Below are positions 18,261 through 26,754 of a DNA stretch of 64,000 nt, piece after piece (the stretch's first letter is position 1; each line of letters begins with the position of its first letter). A program made the position numbers and the translations under genes. This stretch comes from Bryobacteraceae bacterium (GTDB lineage Bacteria; Acidobacteriota; Terriglobia; Bryobacterales; Bryobacteraceae): the NCBI GenBank assembly GCA_035652115.1, contig DASREJ010000239.1:21087-85086 (forward strand). The letters run 5' to 3'. The notes under the pieces were generated by a model. That model did not search any database. It saw nothing but the letters and a program-made list of their open reading frames with translations, and was not told the origin of the DNA.

Positions 18261-19477
18261 TTCAGCACCTCCATCATGTAGTCGGTCACTTCCTTGGAAT
18301 GGACCAGGGACATTTTCTGTACGATCTCCTGTTTCCATTTGGGATCTTTCTCACTGCGCGCTAAATCAACTAATGCTTTGCCGTTCTGCTGCAGAAAGAG
18401 AGAGTTCAAAACCGCGTGACGAATGTCGGGGTTCTGATCGCTTTGGTAAATGCTAACCAGTACCTCGCCATTGCCTCTTCTGCCCATTATTCCCAGATCC
18501 TTAATCGCTGCCAAACGTAGAGCCGGATCTTTCTCATTTCGGGCAAGCTCTTCCATCCAAGTTGAATTCCCACTGACAAACATCGAATTCAAAATCGTTT
18601 TCTTGTTTTCGACGGAGGTTTCGGATTCGTAAAGCTGCCGAAGCTGATCTTGCGCGCCCATCACTCCCAACTGCCGGATGGCGTCCTTGCGCAACTCCGG
18701 ATTTTGTTCGGTTTTGGCAACGTCAAACAGGAAATCGCGAGATCCCGATTGCATAAAACTGCGGATAATGTCGTGTTTGAGCTGCACATCCGAAGAAGAC
18801 TTGTAGATGGAGACCAAGTCGGCGCGAGTTTGAGGATTTCCCATCAGGCCCATGTAGCGAATTGCTCTTCGTTGCAATGCCGGATTCGCCGAATCATGCG
18901 CGATTTGGTTAAGCGTATTGCGCGCCTCCGGCGATGAACTCTGCGTCAGCACAAACATTGCCCGCTCTTTCAGTTTTTCTGAAGCATCTCCCTTCAGCAG
19001 TTTCTGCAGGATCGGAACGGCCTGATCGGGGTCGCTCTGCATCAAGCTGTTGATGGCCAAAAGCTTGAGTTCTTCGTCAGACTGCGCATTGGGATTGGGG
19101 GGCGCGCCGGCTTGCCCTCGCATTTCCAGTTCAAGGGCGTTGGCGTCCTTAGTCCAGCGGCTGGATGGAAACTGCGAGCGCAAAGCAGCCACGGTTGCGA
19201 GAGCCTCCTCACGGCGGCCCGCCCGGCTCTCTGCATACGCTTTCCAATACAGAGCGGCATCGCTGCTCGCACGATTGCGCGATACGGAGGCTTCGAAATC
19301 CCTTATGGCCCTGTCCCAATGGCGCTCATCCAGTTCGCGCATGCCGTTTTGATACTCGGAGTCGTCACGGTTAATACTGCGTGCGGATTGAAAGCTCATC
19401 GCGCCCGGCGCAGGCGGCCATCCTTGAGCCGCAAGAGAGCCGGCAAAAGCGAGAGATAAAAGAAAATTACGAATCAT
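18257..19477 (-). CDS. secreted TPR/HEAT-repeat protein
   Basis: 406 aa with signal peptide MIRNFLLSLAFAGSLAAQG. It carries repeated ...NPELRKDAIRQLG..., ...DPALRLAAIKDLG... and ...NPDIRHAVLNSL... units. An ATGA overlap joins it to the anti-sigma gene. Confidence 0.75.
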   Translation of the reverse strand: MIRNFLLSLAFAGSLAAQGWPPAPGAMSFQSARSINRDDSEYQNGMRELDERHWDRAIRDFEASVSRNRASSDAALYWKAYAESRAGRREEALATVAALRSQFPSSRWTKDANALELEMRGQAGAPPNPNAQSDEELKLLAINSLMQSDPDQAVPILQKLLKGDASEKLKERAMFVLTQSSSPEARNTLNQIAHDSANPALQRRAIRYMGLMGNPQTRADLVSIYKSSSDVQLKHDIIRSFMQSGSRDFLFDVAKTEQNPELRKDAIRQLGVMGAQDQLRQLYESETSVENKKTILNSMFVSGNSTWMEELARNEKDPALRLAAIKDLGIMGRRGNGEVLVSIYQSDQNPDIRHAVLNSLFLQQNGKALVDLARSEKDPKWKQEIVQKMSLVHSKEVTDYMMEVLK

Positions 19478-20211
19478 AATGTCTGTCCTTTGGAACGCGT
19501 GTCCGTATTGGTAACGCGCACTTTAAATAAAAGTCCTTGGTTTTCGATGCGCTGGCGCAGTCCGGCAACATCTTCGGAAGAAAGCCGGCTCGGGCTGTTG
19601 GCTAGATCGACAAAAACACGTTCCAAATCGTCGAGCAGCGCCGCATGCGCTTGATCTCCCGAACGGAAAGCGCTTTCGCGCAATAGGCGATTTTCTTCTA
19701 ACAGATCGCGCGCACGGGCGCGTTGGTCGCCAAGACCAGCATCACCGGGGTTCGAATTCAACAATTGGACCAGCAGGATTTCCGAACGGTCCAGATGGTC
19801 GCCTAACGCCGCCAGCAAGATGCGCTGACGGTCCTTCTCCGAGATTCCAGTCACCGGTTGCGTACCGGCAATAATCTGCTGCGTGGCGCCCGTTTGATGC
19901 CTTTGAACAGTCAGCATGCCGCCCACAAACGCGGCGACTAGCAGTGTTAGAGCAGCGGGAACCAACACCCAGGAACGAGTCCACCAACGCGTTTTTCGAA
20001 TCGGCAGGCGCGGCTCTAACCGAGCCCACACTTCACGGCCGTAGCCTTCGCCGCGGGACGGAATCGGCACATCCCGAACGCCATCTAGCAACTCCGACAG
20101 ACGCGCAAGCTGATCGCGGCATTCGGCGCATTCATCTAAGTGTTCCCGGCAAGCCGATGGTGCATCGTTGTAATAAGCGTCAATCAATTCTTGTTCAGTT
20201 AGATGAGTCAT
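19474..20211 (-). CDS. anti-sigma factor (zf-HC2-like N-terminus, single transmembrane helix)
   Basis: HLDECAECRDQLARL is a zinc-finger-like motif. There is one transmembrane segment (WVLVPAALTLLVAAFVGGML). An ATGA overlap joins it to the ECF sigma gene upstream. Confidence 0.75.
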   Translation of the reverse strand: MTHLTEQELIDAYYNDAPSACREHLDECAECRDQLARLSELLDGVRDVPIPSRGEGYGREVWARLEPRLPIRKTRWWTRSWVLVPAALTLLVAAFVGGMLTVQRHQTGATQQIIAGTQPVTGISEKDRQRILLAALGDHLDRSEILLVQLLNSNPGDAGLGDQRARARDLLEENRLLRESAFRSGDQAHAALLDDLERVFVDLANSPSRLSSEDVAGLRQRIENQGLLFKVRVTNTDTRSKGQTL

Positions 20212-20786
20212 TTGGCGGCACTCCGAACCGGCTCCAACTCACGTCGCAGCTTCTGAACTGCACGGAACACGGTGTGTTTGGCGGCATTTGCGTGAACACC
20301 TAAGGTGCAAGCGATCTGCTCGATATCGCAACCTTCGTAATGGCGAAGAATAAAGGCGGTTCGTTCCATATCGCTGAGCTTCTTGAGCGCCGGCTCCAAC
20401 ATGCTCGCGATCTGGCCGCTCTGCGTCAGCCGTTCCGGGTTCGGGCCGGGTGCGGCGACACGATCAAGCCAGTGCATCGACTCGTCATCATTCACAAACG
20501 GCTGGTGTTCGTTCCGGTTCTTTTTGACCCTCAGAAGATCGAGCGAGCAGTTCGAGCAGATCCGATACAACCAGGTACTGAACGCGGCGCGGCCGTCAAA
20601 CCTGGCGATTTGCTTGTAGGCTCGAAGGAAAGTTTCCTGAACCAGGTCCTCGGCATCTTGTTCGTTCGCAGTCATACGGTAGGCGAGACGGAACAGGGCG
20701 TGGCTGTGCCGCTCTACTAAGACACGAAAGGCGTATTGATTTCCCTTCCGGGCCTCGTCGGCAGCGGCCGCATCGGTCCATTCCAT
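20208..20786 (-). CDS. ECF-type RNA polymerase sigma factor (sigma-70 group 4)
   Basis: 192 aa. Region 2 is DAEDLVQETFLRAYKQIARFDGRAAFSTWLYRICSNCSLDLLR. Region 4 is the helix-turn-helix LSDMERTAFILRHYEGCDIEQIACTLGVHANAAKHTVFRAVQKLR. Confidence 0.92.
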   Translation of the reverse strand: MEWTDAAAADEARKGNQYAFRVLVERHSHALFRLAYRMTANEQDAEDLVQETFLRAYKQIARFDGRAAFSTWLYRICSNCSLDLLRVKKNRNEHQPFVNDDESMHWLDRVAAPGPNPERLTQSGQIASMLEPALKKLSDMERTAFILRHYEGCDIEQIACTLGVHANAAKHTVFRAVQKLRRELEPVRSAAK

Positions 20787-20828
20787 CCGGCAGTCCTTAG
20801 ACTCGAAAGTTATTTACCGGTTAGGTTG

Positions 20829-20846
20829 AAAAACTGCAAATTGCAG
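20829..20846 (-). terminator. weak hairpin plus T5 downstream of the GH57 gene
   Basis: On the minus strand it reads CTGCA-ATT-TGCAG followed by TTTTT, 12 nt after the GH57 stop. The stem is only 5 bp. Confidence 0.3.
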
Positions 20847-20857
20847 CTATAGCTAAG

Positions 20858-23278
20858 TTATTGCACGCGAAGGGATAGTAGATCGCTAAGTCCCAGGTAG
20901 GCGTCGACCCAAAGTTGCGCTTTGGTGTCGCCCCGTTGCGCTTTTCGTTTCGTGCGCTGGTAGAGACCGCTCTGGATTGCATAGACATGATTCTGAGCCG
21001 ACCAGAGATTGATCGCAAACGGCATTTGCTTAACGATCTTCAGCGTACCCGTCAAGTCGTTCAGCTTCTCTAGACTGGACGGGTCGCCTGCAAAACGCGC
21101 GGAAAGACTGTCGATCTTCCGGCGCAATAGGAACTCTAAAGTAGTCTTGTCGAGAGTAATATTGCTCCCTTGTGCTTCGCGCAGTAAATTCCGAATGCGC
21201 TCGCCGTCTAGTTCGTCGTTTGAACACGCGCGGCGCAGCAAACTGTTGATTGCGTATTCGACCGCCGCCGCGAATTCGCGCGGCATCGGCGTGCCTAAAC
21301 TGGTGATGAATCTCATCAGTGCGGCGTGGTGTTCATACAACTGCAGATAAGCCGATTCTGCTTCCGCCACCGTGGACGACAAAATAGTGCGGACGATGCG
21401 GCGCTGCTCATCGCGGAAAAGCGAACGAAGCGAATATGTTTTCTCGCCGAAGCGGCGATCTAACAGCCGCACTACCTCGGGAATATCGACACGAGCAAAC
21501 GATTCGCTGATCGACTCGAGCATCTCTTTATAGCTGCCGTCGCCATCGTCTTTGCGTACGCCACCCGCGACGTTGTGGTCTCCGAAGTGGACAACCCAGA
21601 ACGTGAGCACTTCAGACTGCTGCGTGATTTTTGACGTGAAATCCGCCTGACCGATTGCCATGCGCAACTTGCCTGCGTCACCGGTGTGGTAGTCAAGGCG
21701 TTTCACCGTGTACGAGAAGATATCGGTGCGCTCGCCATACGGCGAAAAGAGGGAGCTAATGGAATAATGCGCCCCCACCTTTTCGAGATCGACAATTGCA
21801 GGTTTAACGTACTTGCGGTAAATGGCGGCCCCGTCACCGTATTCGGCCAAATTACTCTTCGCCGCAGAAAGACGTTCCATGAAGTCGGGTTCGATGGGTT
21901 GACCGAAGATCTCCTCGGCGAGCTGGACTACGCGGCCGGCGTATTGAATGACTTGAACCGTTTCGATGCCCGAGAGTTCGTCGAAAAACCAGCCGCAGCT
22001 CGTATACATGAGCATGGCATGGCGCTGCAACTCCATGAGTTTCCAGACCAGTACTTGCTCGTTCTGATCCAGCTTTCGCGCAAAGTGCTCGCTGCCGAAA
22101 CGCAGACGCACGTCCGGCGACCGATCCAACACGATGGAGATATAGGCGTCCCGAGCGGCCCAAGGATCCTTAAGCAACGTAGCGCCAAGTTTTTCGAACC
22201 GATCCGCCACCGTATCCCGCAGCCAGTCAAGCGCATCGCGCAGCGGCTTGCGCCATTGCTGATTCCATCCAGCCCGTCCTGAGTTGCAGCCGCAGTTGCT
22301 GCGCCATCGCTCCACGCCGTGCATGCAACTCCACGCCGTGTTTTCGAAGATCTGCACCTCATGCGTCGGGGGCTGCTTCGAAAGAAACTCGCCGTAGTTG
22401 GTGATCTTGTAGCTTTTCTTATTCTCGATATAGTCGAGAGCATAAGCCAAGGCCATTTCGCCGTGCTTATGATGATGCCCGTATGTTTCGCCGTCGGTAG
22501 CAATGTGCGCAAGTTGCGGCCAACTGCGCGTGTCGGAAAAAGCGGCGACAAGGCGCGTCGCAAATTTTTCGCCGTTGTCCAGCAACTTCTCAAACGCTAC
22601 TGCTTGCGAAATCGGCCCGTCATAGAAGAACAAGTTAATCGTTAGGCCGCTCGGTGTGCGAAGAAGATAAGCGCGGCTGGGGTCGATTTTTGAGCCGCTG
22701 ACATCCTGCCACGATTCCTTTCCGATCTCGCGCACCGCTTTCGCTTGATGGGGCGCCAAAATTGTGAACGACAGTCCGGCCTGCGCCATCAGGTCCAGTG
22801 TTTCCAGATCGACAGCCGTTTCCGGCAGCCACATGCCTTCCGGCAAACGCCCGAAGCGGTTAACGAAGTCTTCGAAGCCCCACCGCACTTGCGTTTTCTT
22901 GTCGCGGCTATTTGCCAGCGGCATAATCATGTGGTTGTAGGCTTGCGCCAAAGCCGAACCGTGGCCTGAGAATAGCTTTTGGCTTTGGCGGTCCGCTTCG
23001 ATAATTCCCTTGTATGTTTCGGCTGAATGCTCTGCCGCCCATGAGAGAAGCGTTGGGCCGAAATTGAAACTTATGCGCGAATAGTTGTTGACAATGCGCG
23101 TGATCCGCTGCTGGTCATCCAGAATGCGAGCCGCCAGATTCGGCGCGTAGCACTCTGCGGTGATGCGTTCGTTCCAGTCGTGATAGGGATACGCCGAATC
23201 TTGCACCTCTATCTGTTCAAGCCACGGATTTTCTCGCGGAGGCTGATAAAAGTGGCAATGAATACAGAGATAATTCAT
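20858..23278 (-). CDS. glycoside hydrolase family 57 protein with a DUF3536-like C-terminal region
   Basis: 806 aa. N-terminus is MNYLCIHCHFYQPPRENPWLEQIEVQDSAYPYHDWNERITAECYAPN, and the ATDGETYGHHH motif is characteristic of GH57 alpha-glucan enzymes. Confidence 0.85.
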   Translation of the reverse strand: MNYLCIHCHFYQPPRENPWLEQIEVQDSAYPYHDWNERITAECYAPNLAARILDDQQRITRIVNNYSRISFNFGPTLLSWAAEHSAETYKGIIEADRQSQKLFSGHGSALAQAYNHMIMPLANSRDKKTQVRWGFEDFVNRFGRLPEGMWLPETAVDLETLDLMAQAGLSFTILAPHQAKAVREIGKESWQDVSGSKIDPSRAYLLRTPSGLTINLFFYDGPISQAVAFEKLLDNGEKFATRLVAAFSDTRSWPQLAHIATDGETYGHHHKHGEMALAYALDYIENKKSYKITNYGEFLSKQPPTHEVQIFENTAWSCMHGVERWRSNCGCNSGRAGWNQQWRKPLRDALDWLRDTVADRFEKLGATLLKDPWAARDAYISIVLDRSPDVRLRFGSEHFARKLDQNEQVLVWKLMELQRHAMLMYTSCGWFFDELSGIETVQVIQYAGRVVQLAEEIFGQPIEPDFMERLSAAKSNLAEYGDGAAIYRKYVKPAIVDLEKVGAHYSISSLFSPYGERTDIFSYTVKRLDYHTGDAGKLRMAIGQADFTSKITQQSEVLTFWVVHFGDHNVAGGVRKDDGDGSYKEMLESISESFARVDIPEVVRLLDRRFGEKTYSLRSLFRDEQRRIVRTILSSTVAEAESAYLQLYEHHAALMRFITSLGTPMPREFAAAVEYAINSLLRRACSNDELDGERIRNLLREAQGSNITLDKTTLEFLLRRKIDSLSARFAGDPSSLEKLNDLTGTLKIVKQMPFAINLWSAQNHVYAIQSGLYQRTKRKAQRGDTKAQLWVDAYLGLSDLLSLRVQ

Positions 23279-23366
23279 CCGGGAATGGCTGTATGCACAC
23301 GCGAAAGCCTGTGCATCTTAGACGCGAAAATAGCGAAATTGCACGCAGAAGCTTTTTGAGTAGGTG

Positions 23367-24002
23367 TCAATTGGCCGGCAAGAGAATGGTGAAGATTGCT
23401 CCAGTGGTGCGCGCGCGGTTTTCCGCGGTGACACTGCCTGAATATTTGTTCACGATTGAGTCGACGATATGAAGTCCTAAACCGCTACGTCTTGAGCTTA
23501 CTTTAGTGGATACGTTCGGGCGAAATAAACGAGGCAGCATATCAGCCGGAATTCCTGGACCATTGTCCGCAACAGTAATAGCCAGCGAATCATCAGTCTG
23601 CTGCGCGCCGATGTCGATTCGACCGGGTTTCTTCATCGCTTGAGCGGCGTTCAGAAACAAGTTGGCGAAAACCCGCTCCCAATCCTTGGATGATCCGGGA
23701 AGGCGAAAGTCGGCCGGTATTTGGCGAACAAACCGCATACGAGGCTTGCGGGCCGCAATGCAATAGTCGGTGACGGACTGAATCGAATCCTCCACGATGG
23801 CGGCAAGCGTAGGCGTTCTGTCCGGAATTGCTCCCAGAAGCCTTTTTCCGCGCACAACCGTTCGCGACAGTGTTGCGGCAAGCGACTTCCAGCGGCGATC
23901 TGCACTCAGGAGTTCTGCCGCCTCCGTTATAGTCTCGAAAACATTGTTGAGATCGTGAATTAAACTCTCATGCGTAAGATCGGCGTCGAGTGAATCGTCC
24001 AT
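23367..24002 (-). CDS. minimal histidine kinase core (no sensor or transmembrane domain)
   Basis: 211 aa. H-box LIHDLNNVFETI, N-box FANLFLNAAQAM, G-boxes DNGPGIP and GLGLHIV. Confidence 0.75.
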   Translation of the reverse strand: MDDSLDADLTHESLIHDLNNVFETITEAAELLSADRRWKSLAATLSRTVVRGKRLLGAIPDRTPTLAAIVEDSIQSVTDYCIAARKPRMRFVRQIPADFRLPGSSKDWERVFANLFLNAAQAMKKPGRIDIGAQQTDDSLAITVADNGPGIPADMLPRLFRPNVSTKVSSRRSGLGLHIVDSIVNKYSGSVTAENRARTTGAIFTILLPAN

Positions 24003-24012
24003 ACCAAGGCGG

Positions 24013-25305
24013 CTACCGAGCTATACGGCGGAGAACACCAAAGAATTCAGGATAGGACACCGAGGCAGCTTCCGCATTCTGGATGTTGCAGACGCCGTCA
24101 GCGGCAAGCGCGGCAACGGCGAATGCCATAGCAATGCGGTGGTCGCCGCAAGAATCCAGTTCAGCGGCTCGAAACTTCTGTCCGCCGGGAACGGCAAATC
24201 CGTCTTCAGCGGTTTCGATTGTTACTCCCATTCGGTGCAGGTTCTCAGCAATTGTAGCGATTCTATCCGTTTCTTTCACGCGCAGTTCGGAGGCATTGCG
24301 CACGATCAATCCATTTTTGCTGACAGCGCCAAGTACCGCCAGCGCCGGGATCTCATCGATAAGCGCAGCAGTCGTTGCGCCTTCGATTACGCCGCCGGTA
24401 ATGTTGGAACCGCGAACCTGCAAATTGCCAATCAATTCTCCGTTGACTTGTTCGATATGGAGAAGCTTGATGGAAGCGCCCATAGAACGAAGAAAATCTA
24501 GTAACGCCGTGCGCGTCGGATTCAGACCAACGTCGGTGATGATCAGATCGGAATCCGGAACAACCAGCGCGGCGACCAGAAAGAATGTCGCTGAGGAGAT
24601 ATCGCCGGGGACAACCAGAGATTTACCCGAAAGAGTGGCTCCGCCTCGAACCTTTATGATGCGCCGTTCGCTGGTGATATCAGCGCCCAGTTCGGTAAGC
24701 GCGATTTCGGTGTGATCGCGCGTAACGGTCGGCTCGCGAACGACCGTTTCGCCATCTGCATAAAGGCCAGCCAGCAGAACGCAGCTCTTAACCTGGGCGC
24801 TGGCTACGGGCATCTCATAATCGATGGCGCGCAGTTTGGTTCCAGCAATCACCAGCGGCGGATACTGACCGTTCTTTGCTTCAATATGAGCGCCCATTGC
24901 GGAAAGTGGCTTCATAATGCGAGCCATGGGTCGCCGCGCGAGAGAGTCGTCGCCGGCAATGGTCGTCGTAAACGGCTGTGCTGACAAAATGCCGGATAGC
25001 ATGCGAATCGTTGAGCCGGAGTTACCCGCATCCAGATCTTGCTTGGAAGCTTGCAGGCCATTCAAGCCTCGGCCATGTACCGTCAGTACGCGCCGGCCAT
25101 CGTTTTCAGAAAAGTCATGTGCGATGCCAAGCTCGCGCATGCACGCAAGTGTCGAATGACAATCTGCGCCGGTGGCAAAGTTGTAGATTTGGGAATTGCC
25201 TTTGGCTATCGCGGTCAACATTGCATAGCGATGTGAAATGGACTTGTCGCCCGGCGGAGTAACGACGCCGTGAAGACTTCGTGCCGGCGAGACTAGCTCG
25301 GTCAT
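24013..25305 (-). CDS. aroA: 3-phosphoshikimate 1-carboxyvinyltransferase (EPSP synthase)
   Basis: 430 aa. Motifs PGDKSISHRYAMLTAIAKG, GNSGSTIRML, RVKETDRI and GDHRIAMAFAVAAL. Confidence 0.95.
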   Translation of the reverse strand: MTELVSPARSLHGVVTPPGDKSISHRYAMLTAIAKGNSQIYNFATGADCHSTLACMRELGIAHDFSENDGRRVLTVHGRGLNGLQASKQDLDAGNSGSTIRMLSGILSAQPFTTTIAGDDSLARRPMARIMKPLSAMGAHIEAKNGQYPPLVIAGTKLRAIDYEMPVASAQVKSCVLLAGLYADGETVVREPTVTRDHTEIALTELGADITSERRIIKVRGGATLSGKSLVVPGDISSATFFLVAALVVPDSDLIITDVGLNPTRTALLDFLRSMGASIKLLHIEQVNGELIGNLQVRGSNITGGVIEGATTAALIDEIPALAVLGAVSKNGLIVRNASELRVKETDRIATIAENLHRMGVTIETAEDGFAVPGGQKFRAAELDSCGDHRIAMAFAVAALAADGVCNIQNAEAASVSYPEFFGVLRRIAR

Positions 25306-25362
25306 GGAACTCGTATTGTAGCGTCGGGCCGTAGCGCGTCCGCAGAGGAGCCGCTGTTCGCG

Positions 25363-26754
25363 CTATTGTTGCCAGCCGCCGCCGAGCGCGTTATAAAGTT
25401 GCACCAGCGAAAGGCGTTCGTTCAACCGGGCCTGCACGAGCGTCAGCTCCGCCGAAAAGTAATTCGTCTGGTTTGTCAGCACTTCCAGGTAGCTGGTGAC
25501 GCCGCCTTTGTAGCGCACATCCGAGAGAGTGGCTGCGTCTTCGGCGTAATGAGCAAGCGCTTCCAGGTGCTCGCGATATTGGCGGTATTTCCGATAAGCG
25601 ATCAAGGCGTTGGAAACATCGCCGAAGGCGCGCTGAATCGTTTGCTTATAGCTCAGCACCATCTGTTGTTGTTGCGCTTCGGCGAGGCGTACATTGCCGC
25701 GCAGCCTGCCTCCCTCGAAGATCGGCTGCACCGCAGCGGCGCTGAAGTTCCAGACGCCGGAGGATAGAGTGAATAAATTGTGGAGTCCGATGCTTTCAAA
25801 CCCGCCACTGCCGGTGAGTGAAATTTGCGGAAAAAGCTCGGCCTTCGCCACGCCAATTTGCGCATTCGCGGCAATAAGCTGCTGTTCGGCCTCACGAATG
25901 TCTGGCCGTCGCTCCAGCAATGCAGACGGCAGGCCGGCTGGGACGACTGGCGGGACCGCCTCTTCGGTGAGTTTGCGCCCTCGGGAAATTTCGGCCGGAT
26001 TCTCGCCCAGCAGAATGCTGATGCTGTTTTCCTGTTGTCCGATCTCGCGTTCAGTGTCGGGAATCGTAGCGGCCGCGGTTTCGACTAGTTGTTGGGCCTG
26101 TCGCACATCTTCGAGCGATGCCGCGCCGCCGTTTTCTAAGGTTTCTGTCAACTTCAGAGATTCCTGCCGCGACGCCAGTGTTTGCCGCGCGATGTCCAGC
26201 GCAAGATCGAACGCTCGTAGTTGGAAATAGGCAGCGGCGACACTCGAAACTACAGTGCTCATGACCGCACGGCGGTTCCATTCGGCGCCCAATAAGTTAG
26301 CCCTGGCGGCCTCCGTCGCTCTACGATACTGACCCCAAAAATCGGGAACCCAGGAAGCCGATATCGTCAGTGCCGGCGCGACGTACTGATAACCCTGGAA
26401 CACACCAGGAATGGAAGGCGACCGAATGCCGCTGATGGCGGGACCGCCGCTAACGGTGGGAAATTCGCTCGCCCGCGTAATCGAAAGCTGAGCCTGCTCC
26501 TGCAGCACTCGATTGGCGGCAATTTGCAAATTGTAGTTCTGCGCGAGCGCTGTACGAATCAGCTTCTGCAGTTCTTCGTCGCCAAAGACGGTCCACCATT
26601 TTTCGTCGCCCAGCGATTGTGCGGTCTCCGGTTGCGACGGCGCACGATAGGTTGCGGGCACATCTACCGCCGGCCGCTTATAGTTCGGTCCCATCGTGCA
26701 GCTTGAAAGAGATAGTCCGGCAACTAACGCGACAGCGGCACATGCTCCTTTCAT
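25363..26754 (-). CDS. RND efflux outer-membrane factor lipoprotein (NodT family)
   Basis: 463 aa with lipobox LSLSSC. Carries the duplicated OEP-type helical repeats, and the C-terminal ALGGGWQ is typical of the family. An ATGA overlap joins it to the RND pump gene. Confidence 0.9.
   Translation of the reverse strand: MKGACAAVALVAGLSLSSCTMGPNYKRPAVDVPATYRAPSQPETAQSLGDEKWWTVFGDEELQKLIRTALAQNYNLQIAANRVLQEQAQLSITRASEFPTVSGGPAISGIRSPSIPGVFQGYQYVAPALTISASWVPDFWGQYRRATEAARANLLGAEWNRRAVMSTVVSSVAAAYFQLRAFDLALDIARQTLASRQESLKLTETLENGGAASLEDVRQAQQLVETAAATIPDTEREIGQQENSISILLGENPAEISRGRKLTEEAVPPVVPAGLPSALLERRPDIREAEQQLIAANAQIGVAKAELFPQISLTGSGGFESIGLHNLFTLSSGVWNFSAAAVQPIFEGGRLRGNVRLAEAQQQQMVLSYKQTIQRAFGDVSNALIAYRKYRQYREHLEALAHYAEDAATLSDVRYKGGVTSYLEVLTNQTNYFSAELTLVQARLNERLSLVQLYNALGGGWQQ

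Noticed and set aside
20787-20828. Looked for an autoregulated ECF-type promoter (AAC -35 and CGT -10) upstream of the sigma factor gene
   Set aside because: The only match is loose (AACC...CGAGTC) with a spacer of about 19 nt. It is not convincing without knowing the ECF group consensus.
23293-23316. 7-bp hairpin ATGCACA-N10-TGTGCAT just upstream of the GH57 start and downstream of the kinase gene
   Set aside because: It has no U-tract and no recognisable riboswitch or operator features. I cannot assign a role from sequence alone.
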